This document shows positions 8,387-18,020 of a stretch of DNA of 64,000 bases, one piece after another; positions within the stretch are counted from its first letter, which is position 1; each line of letters opens with the position of its first letter. The notes beneath the pieces were generated by a model, which saw only the letters and a program-made list of their open reading frames with translations, was not told the DNA's origin and did not search any database. The translations under genes were made by a program, and so were the position numbers. Source of the stretch: Candidatus Hydrogenedentota bacterium (GTDB lineage Bacteria > Hydrogenedentota > Hydrogenedentia > Hydrogenedentales > SLHB01); assembly GCA_963668025.2 (NCBI GenBank), contig CAXXTH010000010.1, positions 768,001-832,000 of the forward strand. The letters run 5' to 3'.

Positions 8387-9914
8387 GTAACACTTTAGCC
8401 GACTGAAGTGTTTTCCGGTGGCAGGGGAGGCAATTGGCCGGTGTTGAGGTAGTGGACCAGGGCGTTGCAGACGGTGCAGACGGGGTTTTGCCCGCGTTTT
8501 TTCAAAGTAAAGAAGACGCTCATGAGCACCGCTTGTATGGCGGCTCCTTGGTCGCTGCGGTTGCAGTAACTGTTTTTGCGCAGGATAACGGCAGGACGGA
8601 TGGAGCGTTCCGCCAAGTTGTTGTCGAAGGGAACATCTGATTGGCCGAGAAAAGTGAAGAGTTCATCCTGGTGTCGGCGCAGCCTTTTTATGAGGCGCTT
8701 GGCGTTGGCGTCCTCCCAGGGCGTATCGCACAAGTCCCGCAAGCGCCGGGCGAAGCGCGCGCGGCGCGAGTCGTACGCCTCCGGTTCGAGCTCGCCGCGC
8801 CGCCGCCACAGCCGGATGGCGTCGGCAATCAGGCGGCGCAGCTTTTTGGCGAAGGCGGGCCAGGCCGGGCTGGGCGATTTGTATTTCTCCACGTGCTCGA
8901 GTTCGCGCAACAAATGCACGAGGCACTTCTGCCGGGCGGCGCACGCCACGGCGTTGTACGCGGCCCAGAAGTCGGCCACCAGCGTTCCGGCGAATTCCCG
9001 CGTGAAGAACTGCTGGAGCGCCGGACTCCCCCGCGAATGGTCGATCAGGAAAAAGCTCAGCCCTTTGGTGGCGAAACACCACAGCCATCGGGTCTTGCCA
9101 TTCACGCGCCAGCCGGTCTCGTCGGCGTTGAGCACCGCCGAGTCCAGCGCTTCCTGGTGAATGGCCTCGTACCAAGGCAGGAGAATCTCCGCCAGCCTGC
9201 GCCACATGTGCAGCAGCCCGCCCGGCGTGACCTGGAAAAGCAGGTGGAAATCGAAGACCTCCACGATTTGCGAAAGCGTGTTGCCCAACACATAGTGCAG
9301 CCACGCGCTGAGGACCAGCACCCGGTTGCCCAGGGTCGCGCCCGGCAAGGCCGCCGCCACAACCGGCTCGACTTTCTTCTTGCATCGCGGACACCAGTCG
9401 CGGTGAATGGTATGCTCGGTGATTTCCGGACGGATGCCTTCGGGTATGTCTTCGGTGTAGCGCGTGCGGGTCTCCGCGCGGCGGTCCAGCGGCCCGCCGC
9501 AGTCGGGACACACCTTGGTGCGGTGTGTTTCACGCCGGTCGATACGTTCGGGCGGCACGCGCCGGCTGCCGGGGTGGCCCATCTTGCGTCCCGGCTTTTT
9601 CTTGCCGCGCACAGGCGTCTGGGGTTTCCCGTAAACTGGCTGCATGCCCGAAGGGGTGGAGGGCGTTTGGTGGGAAGTGAACGCCGCCTCGGCCTGCTGC
9701 TCCGACAGCAGCTTGGATTGCGCCAACAGGGCAAACACCACGGCATCTTCGCCCAATGCGTAGATCGCTCGGGCTTGCTCCTCCGAGAGCAGCGGTCCCA
9801 ATGGAATGCCACTTATTGCCGTCGCCATGGCGTCTTGGCCCAAAACCACAACATCTTGTAACTATATTATACCGAAACGCTACTTATAGTTGCGCCAGAC
9901 GGCTAAAGTGTTAC
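8387..9914 (-). mobile_element. IS66-family element, single-ORF (ISBst12-like) type, copy 1
   Basis: Terminal inverted repeats GTAACACTTTAGCCG; 8-bp TSD GATTTTTC at 8379-8386 and 9915-9922. Confidence 0.95.
8395..9849 (-). CDS. IS66 transposase (TnpC-like)
   Basis: CPDCG zinc finger, ADETGW, QKCLVHLLR, DNNLAERSIR motifs. Confidence 0.95.
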   Translation of the reverse strand: MVLGQDAMATAISGIPLGPLLSEEQARAIYALGEDAVVFALLAQSKLLSEQQAEAAFTSHQTPSTPSGMQPVYGKPQTPVRGKKKPGRKMGHPGSRRVPPERIDRRETHRTKVCPDCGGPLDRRAETRTRYTEDIPEGIRPEITEHTIHRDWCPRCKKKVEPVVAAALPGATLGNRVLVLSAWLHYVLGNTLSQIVEVFDFHLLFQVTPGGLLHMWRRLAEILLPWYEAIHQEALDSAVLNADETGWRVNGKTRWLWCFATKGLSFFLIDHSRGSPALQQFFTREFAGTLVADFWAAYNAVACAARQKCLVHLLRELEHVEKYKSPSPAWPAFAKKLRRLIADAIRLWRRRGELEPEAYDSRRARFARRLRDLCDTPWEDANAKRLIKRLRRHQDELFTFLGQSDVPFDNNLAERSIRPAVILRKNSYCNRSDQGAAIQAVLMSVFFTLKKRGQNPVCTVCNALVHYLNTGQLPPLPPENTSVG

Positions 9915-10731
9915 GATTTTTCCAATTCCGGGGGAATGGTTAGTATCCTCTGTTCTAAATTAATACGTTCCCATGTAAGTGTTATCAATTCCCCAAAACG
10001 GCAACCCGTAGAGACCGCCATGAGAATGAGATCCTCTAGGTTTTTGTTTTGCGATTCATGGCAAGCAACCCGTAAACGCTCCAGTTCATCTTGACTGAGA
10101 TATCTCCGCCGTCCTGGGTTCGGGCTTGGCTTTGAGACGTTATGCATGGGATTTGATTCTATGAGACCCCATTCCTTTGATGCCGTGGTAAAAACATGGG
10201 ATAGGGTTTGCAGGTATTGTCTTATCGTGGTGGGGGAGAAATCGCGGCCTTGCCTGTTCGTACCGTTTTGCAATTCTGTTCTGCAAGCAACAATATCAGA
10301 TGGACGCACAGAGCTGATTGTCATATGCCCTATTCGGGCTTGCCACCACCTAAGGTGCAGTTCTTGGGTCAATAGGACCGAAGGGCGTTTCATGTTTAAA
10401 ACTTCACGAATATACCGCTCAATGGCTTCAGACATTGTTGAAGCATGCACTTCAGCGCGGACTTCTCCGCTTATAATTTCTTGCTCTTTGGCGCGTGCCC
10501 AGTCTTTTGCATCCGTTAAGCGTCGAAATTGTTTGGAGCAACTGTGCCCATGCATGCGCACCCTAGCAAGGAAGCGTTTCTGCCCCTTTTTGGTTACGCG
10601 CTCTTCAAAATTGGCCATAAAAATAAACCCCGCTTTTTGTTAGTGTCACTTGCGTGCCACTTGGCTTATTGAAGCCCAAAAAGCGGGATTTGTCAAGACC
10701 ATGTAAGTCATTGACTTACAAGTATTTAAAT

Positions 10732-10807
10732 TGGTGAACGGGATGGGATTCGAACCCATGACCACCGGATTAAAAGTCCGATGCTCTACCAACTGAGCTA
10801 CCCGTCC
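10732..10807 (-). tRNA. tRNA-Lys (anticodon TTT), CCA encoded
   Basis: Reverse complement GGACGGGTAGCTCAGTTGGTAGAGCATCGGACTTTTAATCCGGTGGTCATGGGTTCGAATCCCATCCCGTTCACCA, 76 nt cloverleaf. Confidence 0.97.
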
Positions 10808-10959
10808 AATGGCGCAGATCTGCGCGGAAAGCGCATCCAAGCAGAAGCGCGTTAAGTTTAGTCGAAGCCTTTCGTAATGTCAAATAAACAGGCGCATTAT
10901 TTTTTGCATTCTGTTTGCACTATGATGGTTCACTATCTAGGTCCGACTGGGGCCGGGTG

Positions 10960-11700
10960 TTATGCTTCCTCGGGTTCTAGTTCAATTTCTAGATCGTAGG
11001 AGTAGGTGTGTTCCTTTTCCCGGGGACAAGCCGCCAGCCATTGCCCAGTTGGCGACACAATGCCTGAGGGGCAGTTCAAGGGGCCATTCATAGACGCGGC
11101 ATTCGCGGTGCAGATATGGCACCCGCTTTCGATTGCCCGCAATATCAGATTGGATTCATGATACGCCGCGTATATGGGTTTTGTCCCCGAATCGACGGAA
11201 TGAAACAGCACCTGGATGCCTTTTTGCCCCAGACGGGAAGAGAGATGGGGATCAGGGAAAATGCCTAAGCCTGGAGTGACCCACATATCGTTGCCAATGA
11301 GGCAGCCGAAGGCGAGTCCATGATGTCTGAACACGCGCAATTCTTCGCCCGGCTTGCAAAATTGCCGGTCGGCGTCCGTAGGCACGATTTTTTCGTGAGC
11401 GCCCAGCAGATTGCCTTCATGGGAAATGATGCGGGTTTGGATGTATGTCGCGCCATCCATGCGCCATCCCGTGCCGATAAAGGCGGTCACGTAACTCTGG
11501 CGGCATGCGGCGGAAATCTGCCGTAGCGCGGCATGCACGTTCTTTTCGCTGAATTCACTGTTTCGGCCTGATAAACTCATCTCGGGGAATAGGATATAAT
11601 CTGCATCCGTCTTCGTGATATGGTCTAAAATCTTGTGGAGGTTTTCGTCTAGTTTTGGGGAAACTGCCATTTGAACGCCGGTGATACGTACGGTTTGCAT
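10960..11700 (-). CDS. Carbon-nitrogen hydrolase (nitrilase superfamily) protein
   Basis: ILFPEMSLSG and HEK motifs; nucleophile region reads GCLIGND. Confidence 0.85.
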   Translation of the reverse strand: MQTVRITGVQMAVSPKLDENLHKILDHITKTDADYILFPEMSLSGRNSEFSEKNVHAALRQISAACRQSYVTAFIGTGWRMDGATYIQTRIISHEGNLLGAHEKIVPTDADRQFCKPGEELRVFRHHGLAFGCLIGNDMWVTPGLGIFPDPHLSSRLGQKGIQVLFHSVDSGTKPIYAAYHESNLILRAIESGCHICTANAASMNGPLNCPSGIVSPTGQWLAACPREKEHTYSYDLEIELEPEEA

Positions 11701-11809
11701 TGCCAGTACCTCCCGTGGTTGGACTGTCGCCAGTTTGAGCATAGCATACTTCCTCAATGGATAACGATTACCGGCGGCTCATGCTGTTGTAACAATTGGG
11801 AAACGAAAA

Positions 11810-12679
11810 ATGAATGTGCGGATCATCGCTAATCCCGTGTCGGGAGCGGGGCGGGGCCTCAAGCGGGCGGATGCGCTATATGCGGCGCTCAAAGCGCGTG
11901 GAGCATCCGCTGAACGCTTTATCACCTCGGAGCGGGGCGAAGCACAAGCCGAGGCGGCGCGTCCAGGGGCTGATTATGTTGTCGCCGTAGGCGGCGATGG
12001 CAGCGCGAATGAAGTAGCCAATGGCCTTCGCGGGAGCGGCGCCACTCTAGCCATTCTGCCCATTGGCACCGCCAATGTAGTGGCGCGCGAGCTGCGCACT
12101 CCGTGGAATCCGGAAAAGCTCGCGGACCTTATCATGTCGGGGCGGACGCGGCTGCTCGATACCGGCGAAGTGAACGGACGCATCTTCCTGCAAAGCGGAG
12201 GCGCGGGCCTGGATGCGGCGGTGGTGGCGCGGGTGCATGCGCGGCGCGGCAAGCGGATGGGTTATTGGCGGTATGTGCAGCCCATACTGCAAACCGTCTG
12301 GACGTATCGTTTTCCTCCTATCCGCGTGCTGGTGGACGGTTCGCTATTCTGCGAAGACGCCGGATACGCCGTGGCGGGCAACTGCCGGTTTTCGGCGGGA
12401 GCGTTTCCGCTTACCCCCGAGGCGCGTTTCGACGATGGGCTTCTGGATGTGTGCGTGTTTCGGGGGCTTGCGCTCCCACGCATCGCCAAACTGGCTATTG
12501 CATCTTGGATGCCTGGATTTGCCCAGCGCCGCGATGTGCTTTACATCAAGGCGCGGCATATCGTCTTTGAGCCCGCATCTGGCGCGCCCGTTCCTTTTCA
12601 GATCGATGGCGATCCCTCGGGCTTGCTGCCGGCCACGTTTGAAGTGCGGCCCGCTTCCCTGCGCGTCGCAGCGCCATAA
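11810..12679 (+). CDS. Diacylglycerol kinase family lipid kinase (YegS/BmrU-like)
   Basis: NPVSG, GGDGS, PIGTANV, QIDGD motifs. Confidence 0.92.
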   Translation: MNVRIIANPVSGAGRGLKRADALYAALKARGASAERFITSERGEAQAEAARPGADYVVAVGGDGSANEVANGLRGSGATLAILPIGTANVVARELRTPWNPEKLADLIMSGRTRLLDTGEVNGRIFLQSGGAGLDAAVVARVHARRGKRMGYWRYVQPILQTVWTYRFPPIRVLVDGSLFCEDAGYAVAGNCRFSAGAFPLTPEARFDDGLLDVCVFRGLALPRIAKLAIASWMPGFAQRRDVLYIKARHIVFEPASGAPVPFQIDGDPSGLLPATFEVRPASLRVAAP

Positions 12680-12693
12680 ATCAGAATACGGCG

Positions 12694-13818
12694 CTAAACG
12701 GCGGGCGCAAGGGCTTCATGGGCTTCCTTGAGCTGTTTTATCACGGCGATATGCTGCGGGCATTTCGACATGCACTGGCCGCATTCGGTGCATGCGGTCG
12801 AAGCGAGGTTATTCTCTTGCTGGTCTTTCAACAATTGGCCGTAAACAGCCCGCGAATGCTCCCATAAGCCGTATACTTTCGCCTGGTTGTATAGGGCGAA
12901 GATATGCGGAATGTTCACGCCATGGGGGCACGGCATACAATAATTGCAGCCTGTGCAATAGAGGTCCGCCATGCGCTTTAGGCGTTCTAGATGCTGGCGG
13001 ATGGCTTCCCGATGCCCGGCGTTGAGCGGAACCGGGTCTTCGGATGTATCGAGATTCTCGGTGACATGCCGCATCTCGCTCATGCCAGAAAGGGCTACAT
13101 CGATATGGGGATTGGCCAGCACGAACCGCAACGCCAGCTCAGGCACGCGTGCGATGCCCGGCGCTACGCCGGATAACACCTCGTTCGGCGCGCCCAGGCG
13201 GCCGCCGCCAACTGGCCCCATGGCCACGATGCCGATGCCTTTTTCATGCGCGAGCGCGATGCTCTCCTCGAGCTGGCGGTCGAGCAAATTATATTGCAGC
13301 GTGATCACCTCCGGATATCCCGTCTCGATGATTTTCTTCAGGGCCGCGTTGTTATCATGGAAAGAAATGCAAATATGGCGGACAAGGCCCTGATCCCGGG
13401 CCTTCTCCATCCATTTCGACACACGCGGGAGCACCTGATTGAAAAAAGAATCCTCATTTACGCCATGGTGGTTGTAGATATCGAGATAATCCACTTGAAG
13501 GAATTTCAGGCTGTCCTCGAGAAGCTCCCACCAATCTTCCTCATGCTCTCCGAGATAGTGGTTCTTCGTCGAAACAATCACTTTGTCACGCCAGCCTTTG
13601 AGCGCATCGCCCACGGCGCGCTGGCTATCCGCATTGCAATAAAACACTGCTGAATCGATGTAATTGACGCCGCGTTCAAAGGCAGCATGGATCATCTGAG
13701 TCGATTTTTCGCGGTCCACCCGCGCATCCGCGCCTTGTCCTATCATGGGGAGCCGCATCGCCCCAAATCCCAGCCGCGATACCTTCAGTCCTGTCTTGCC
13801 AAGCATGGTGTATTGCAC
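12694..13818 (-). CDS. Aldo/keto reductase with C-terminal 4Fe-4S domain
   Basis: SRLGFGAMRLP, YIDSA, CTGCNYCMPCP, CTECGQCMSKCPQ. Confidence 0.92.
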   Translation of the reverse strand: MQYTMLGKTGLKVSRLGFGAMRLPMIGQGADARVDREKSTQMIHAAFERGVNYIDSAVFYCNADSQRAVGDALKGWRDKVIVSTKNHYLGEHEEDWWELLEDSLKFLQVDYLDIYNHHGVNEDSFFNQVLPRVSKWMEKARDQGLVRHICISFHDNNAALKKIIETGYPEVITLQYNLLDRQLEESIALAHEKGIGIVAMGPVGGGRLGAPNEVLSGVAPGIARVPELALRFVLANPHIDVALSGMSEMRHVTENLDTSEDPVPLNAGHREAIRQHLERLKRMADLYCTGCNYCMPCPHGVNIPHIFALYNQAKVYGLWEHSRAVYGQLLKDQQENNLASTACTECGQCMSKCPQHIAVIKQLKEAHEALAPAV

Positions 13819-13953
13819 GTAATCTCTCCCTATTCATGCTACTATCTGGAAAAAAAAACTTTCTTTGTAACGATTCGCGGCGCAAATAAAGTCACATCAA
13901 ATACTTGCATATATCTGCTCTTTGCATGGCGTTTTGCTTAAGTCTTGCGCATC

Positions 13954-13977
13954 GCATGGGCGAGACGCCCATGCTAC
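13954..13977. repeat. REP-like palindrome family 1, GTAGCATGGGCGxxxCGCCCATG; further copies at 26963, 37544, 37590, 48475, 48499
   Basis: Near-identical GTAG/GTGG-capped hairpins in intergenic gaps, two sites as inverted doublets. Confidence 0.8.
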
Positions 13978-14125
13978 GAGAGTTGTAAAACATTTTAGAA
14001 GATATACTCGAACTACTAACAAACAAAATCTTGTTTTCTTGCATGTATTTCTGTGTAAGTCAAATATAATCAAATTGTTATGACACACGTTTTTAATGGT
14101 GTTTTGGTTAGCTTTTCCTTTGACT

Positions 14126-14147
14126 GGTGGGGCAAGCCCCACCCTAC
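14126..14147. repeat. REP-like family 2, GTAGGGTGGxGCTTGC; further copies at 44746, 48937, 51360
   Basis: Recurring intergenic GTAG-capped imperfect hairpin. Confidence 0.6.
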
Positions 14148-14231
14148 GCTTCAAATTTTAGTGTATTTAGTGGTTAAATCTGGATTTCTGGTTGCGGCTA
14201 CGCTGCGCCGTGTTATTTGTATACAAACAAT

Positions 14232-14993
14232 CTAGCCGAACAAATATTCCATCGTGGGAGTGATTGATATGACCGTGATTACGGCATTATTCTTAATCAC
14301 AAACTCGCTTAAACCCACGTGGGAGCATGAATTGCCCCAGTCATACGTGTAGCCCAGCCGGGTCCACGGCCAATCGTTATTCTCGATCTGCCATTGAACC
14401 CATTCTTTGTGCTCCTGGCTGATTTGCATGGCATCATTATCCAATGGAAAATCCAGCTCCGCCTCGTGGTCGGTCACTTCCGGATCAGGGCTAGGCCGGA
14501 ACAGGTCTTGAGGCTCGACCCAAAATTCTACAAACCAAACCCGATTAGTGGTATGTGGCATTCCCAAAAGCTGTTTCAGGCGCAATTCCGCATTCCCGGT
14601 ATTCAATAGAGGATGCTGTTGCACCCAGTTTTGCACTTCCGGCGCGGCAGTCACCCATAGATCCACGGCGGGCTGGTATTTGCCGTCATACCGCGCCGTA
14701 TAGGATTTTCCCACGACATACCCGGAGTAGCTGGTCCATGTCACCATTTTCACACGCGAGCCGCCTGGTTCGCCTTCCCATACCAAATCCGGAGTGTATT
14801 TGGTGATAGCGGTTAAGTCACGGCAGATTTCCGCTGGTTGGGGATCCTGGGCGTCCGCGACCGCCGCATCGAATGCCGCCAGCAAATCCTCCTCTGAAGG
14901 CTGCGTAACGGGCGGGCATGCGGCAAGCAGAATAGGAAGCAGCAAGGACGCCACGAACAGATGCGCGGTGCGATTTGAGATGAGCCGTCTCAT
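14232..14993 (-). CDS. Putative lipoprotein, conserved hypothetical
   Basis: Lipobox LLAAC; conserved-looking QLLGMP, DLFRP, PWTRLGYTYDWG. Confidence 0.75.
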   Translation of the reverse strand: MRRLISNRTAHLFVASLLLPILLAACPPVTQPSEEDLLAAFDAAVADAQDPQPAEICRDLTAITKYTPDLVWEGEPGGSRVKMVTWTSYSGYVVGKSYTARYDGKYQPAVDLWVTAAPEVQNWVQQHPLLNTGNAELRLKQLLGMPHTTNRVWFVEFWVEPQDLFRPSPDPEVTDHEAELDFPLDNDAMQISQEHKEWVQWQIENNDWPWTRLGYTYDWGNSCSHVGLSEFVIKNNAVITVISITPTMEYLFG

Positions 14994-15437
14994 GGCAAGA
15001 CTCCTTTAGGTTGAGCAATCCAATGAGCAACGAATGCACGTATTATACGGGCCGGGTAGTCAAAAAAGAACTTGCGGGCGGGCCTGAGTCATGAAAGTGG
15101 GTTTGTAGCGTTTCGCAAGGAAATCGGTCACTTTTTTCGTAAATGGACGCATACATCGTACGTCTTCTCATAGAAAAGGCGCTTTATTGACTTCAAAATG
15201 GTTCACGATTGCCTGCATCCACCAGTTATGCCTGTTAGCCCGCTTTGCGCGGACTCTCCTTATCACACGGCTTCAACCGGGGCGAAAGCATCGCAAAAAC
15301 AAACTCAGAGCACGCTTTAACGCGGCTTCACAACTTGCTTCAGCATACACTCTTCCTGCTAAGGCAGTGCGAAAAGCCACACAAAAGCGCGCTATACACT
15401 GGTTTGTTTTAGCTCTCCACCTGGCGGAAGCCAGCGC

Positions 15438-16385
15438 CTAGCCTTGTGGTGGAACGGGCTGCGTTTTTGGCAATCGGTCTTGCTTTTTCTTTTCAAAGTC
15501 CGCCCGAATGCGGGCGATTTTGGCCAATAGCTCCGGCGCAGGCTCGATGGTGCGCAGGAGATGCGGATAATATCCCTCCCAATCTTTATATCCGGATTGT
15601 TTTGCTTTTTCGAGGCGCTGCTCGTACGGGAGATCCGTCATCATCAAGTCGAAGATCATCAGGAAAGGCTCGGAGAACTGCGTGAGTCCCGAATCGCCCT
15701 TGGTCACACTGATATAGTAATGTCTGGTTTTGAGTTCCCTAACTTGACTCTCATATTTACCTCGTATGTCTTGAAGCAATTCTTCGTTCGTGGGCTTGGG
15801 TGGGGGCGGCCAGTCGCCTAAGCCCCAGGAAATCGCCTCGCCATCCGCGGATACGATATCGAAACAGCCCTCATGGAAATACGCTGGATTATATCGCACT
15901 TTCCAATCCGCATCTTCCTGCTGGCTGGCTTTCTCGAGATCGGCCACCAATCGACGGGTGGCCTCTTCTTTGGGAAAATGCTGGATATAATACATTTCCT
16001 TGGCATTCCAAAACGCATGCGCCGCTTCACATTTGGTTTCGGGTTTGTAGAAGGTAATGGGATTGCCTCCATTCGGTGGTTCACTAGGATTCTCTTCGAT
16101 GAGCTCCGGATCCGGAATTGGCCAGTGTTCCCATGGAGTCGAGATCGGCTGGCCGTTCAAATACAGGTTCAAACCGCGCCGTTCCACGATATACGGTTCC
16201 GGCGCATAGGCGCCGTTCATGATGAGAACCGCCCCATCGCGGATCTCCGTCCTTTCTTGCCCAAACTCCTGGATGAGCCGTTGCTCGACCTCTAGGTTGA
16301 CTTCGACTTGTGGATAAGCAGATATTGAAATCAATATCGCAATTCCGAACATAAAAACTTGAGATAACATTTTTATATTGTACAT
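15438..16385 (-). CDS. Hypothetical secreted protein
   Basis: Signal-peptide-like N-terminus (VFMFGIAILISISAYP); long ORF. Confidence 0.65.
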   Translation of the reverse strand: MYNIKMLSQVFMFGIAILISISAYPQVEVNLEVEQRLIQEFGQERTEIRDGAVLIMNGAYAPEPYIVERRGLNLYLNGQPISTPWEHWPIPDPELIEENPSEPPNGGNPITFYKPETKCEAAHAFWNAKEMYYIQHFPKEEATRRLVADLEKASQQEDADWKVRYNPAYFHEGCFDIVSADGEAISWGLGDWPPPPKPTNEELLQDIRGKYESQVRELKTRHYYISVTKGDSGLTQFSEPFLMIFDLMMTDLPYEQRLEKAKQSGYKDWEGYYPHLLRTIEPAPELLAKIARIRADFEKKKQDRLPKTQPVPPQG

Positions 16386-17355
16386 ATCTCTAAGTCTCCA
16401 CTTTGTTAAGTCTATAGATTGTAGCCAATATTTCACAGAATCATTAGTACCAAGGAAACAAAAAGTAATCCCCCAGTTTACCACCGTTTGGTGCAATTGC
16501 ATCTACATCACAGCTTTGGCCCCCTGGTGCTTTAATATAATCTCCATTTAGGTACACTAAAGCAAAGGGCCGAAGATATTCAGGGATATAATAATAGACC
16601 CATGAATATACCATTGAGCCAGAAACATTTTTGCGTTCAAAAAATGATCCGGTGGTACATTGAGGATCTAGCTCATAAAACCGATCATCGGTTGCTGAAC
16701 ATACACTATCAACTGTATGCATGTTATGAACGCAGTATACGTAATTTGGAACTACCCAGCCGCCAAAAATGTATGTGCTAACAATTGCCGGGCATAATGT
16801 GGTGGGTGGTGGAGTAGAAGGATACATGCGAAAATAACTAGAGTAACCTCCATAATTAAATGCAACATCAGCATATCGCCTATCTAGATCCGTTGAATAT
16901 GGATCTCGTCCATTCATTCTCTTTAATAGAAGCTTAACATCATTGCAAATTGATCCGTAAGTTGATCCATATACAAATCCAAATCCTACTCGACCTCCTA
17001 TGGATGAGAGTAGGGATTGCGTAAAATTTCCCTCTTCTGCGGACAAGCAGCTGCACGCAAATACAATAGAATCGTTCTCTGTGGTATGAGGTTGAGCATA
17101 AAGCTCAAACCATGTGCCGAAAACCAATACTCCCCATACCCTTGTTGATACACCATTTATCCAAATAATCCTTCTTCCTACTTGCATATACTGATTACCG
17201 ACTCCATTTGCAGCGTTTCGCCATGCCGTACAAGCTGCAAATCCAGCATCATTATATGTTAGGTTGAGAGCGAGTATGTTAGGCATACCTTCATTCATCC
17301 AACCATGCGCCATATGGCCAGTTATTCCAGCGAAACCATACAAATCGAAATTTAG

Positions 17356-18020
17356 TGCGACCTAGAAACCCACGTCCTTTGGACGTGGTCATAGGGCCTT
17401 TGGCTCAGCCTGTTTGAGCCCATCGGCATCCCCTACACTCGTGTTGTTCCGCAACACCGAGGAAGGAGATGCCAATGAGTCGTTTCCGCAAATTATCACA
17501 TGCGATATGGTATTGCCAATATCACATGGTATGGGTGCCCAAATACCGCTACCGGGTTTTGACGGGACCGGTGGGCAAGGAGGTCTACACCTGTATCCAA
17601 ATGTTCTGTGGGCAGCAAGGATGCGAGGTGCTCGAATTGAATGTACAGCCCGAGCACGTGCATTTGCTTGTGATGGTTCCGCCAAAGGTGTCGATATCGG
17701 ATCTGGCGGGCATTTTGAAGGGGCGTACGGCGATCCGGATATTCAAGCAGTTTCCGCATTTGAAAAAGAAGCCCTATTGGGGCAATCATTTCTGGGCACC
17801 TGGATATTGCGTGGATACCGTGGGGCTTAACGAAGAAATGATCCGCAAGTACGTGAAGTTCCAGGAAGAAGCGGAACGTCACGATGAACAGCTAAAATTG
17901 AAGTACTGAACCAAGCGGTGTTGCGGAACACAACCCACGCTTGCATCCTTTGGGTGCAAGCACTCAGCCACTCTCTGAGTGGCCAAAGCAAAGCCACGTC
18001 CTCTGGGCGTGGTTTTTTAC
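17356..18020 (+). mobile_element. IS200-like element (tnpA only)
   Basis: Subterminal hairpins CCACGTCCTTTGGACGTGG (17370-17388) and CCACGTCCTCTGGGCGTGG (~17994-18012); no TSD; boundaries inferred from restoring the host frame. Confidence 0.8.
17469..17909 (+). CDS. tnpA: IS200/IS605 family Y1 HUH transposase
   Basis: YHMVWVPKYR, EHVHL (HUH), FWAPGY, YVKFQ (catalytic Tyr). Confidence 0.95.
   Translation: MPMSRFRKLSHAIWYCQYHMVWVPKYRYRVLTGPVGKEVYTCIQMFCGQQGCEVLELNVQPEHVHLLVMVPPKVSISDLAGILKGRTAIRIFKQFPHLKKKPYWGNHFWAPGYCVDTVGLNEEMIRKYVKFQEEAERHDEQLKLKY

Larger units (their letters stand above)
7994..10618 (-). pseudogene. int: Tyrosine integrase interrupted by IS66
   Basis: 5' part 9915-10618 (TGCRFGEL); 3' part 7994-8386 (HDLRH, LGH, RY); removing the IS plus one TSD gives in-frame ...PPELEKS-NRGRDVPLIDLAMEVL... 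Confidence 0.93.
1..10731 (-). mobile_element. Integrative phage-satellite-like element inserted at the 3' end of tRNA-Lys; left end lies outside the window
   Basis: Tyrosine integrase starts ~110 bp from the tRNA 3' end; co-oriented xis, XRE, capsid, AlpA-like and primase/helicase genes follow; host housekeeping genes resume on the other side of the tRNA. Confidence 0.85.

Noticed and set aside
8576-9861. Long alternative-frame and antisense ORFs in IS66 (406, 282, 236, 194 aa; mirrored at 53501-54786)
   Set aside because: Shadows of a GC-rich transposase gene with no recognisable motifs; no TnpA/TnpB accessory genes are present
1-10731. Complete prophage
   Set aside because: No terminase, portal, tail tube/sheath, baseplate or lysis genes between the integrase and the primase; cannot be fully excluded beyond the left edge
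10646-10840. 64-aa ORF in the track
   Set aside because: It is a translation through the tRNA-Lys gene
17910-18020. TnpB/omega-RNA system at the IS200 right end
   Set aside because: No tnpB or iscB ORF; the ~110 bp holds only short hairpins typical of IS200 ends
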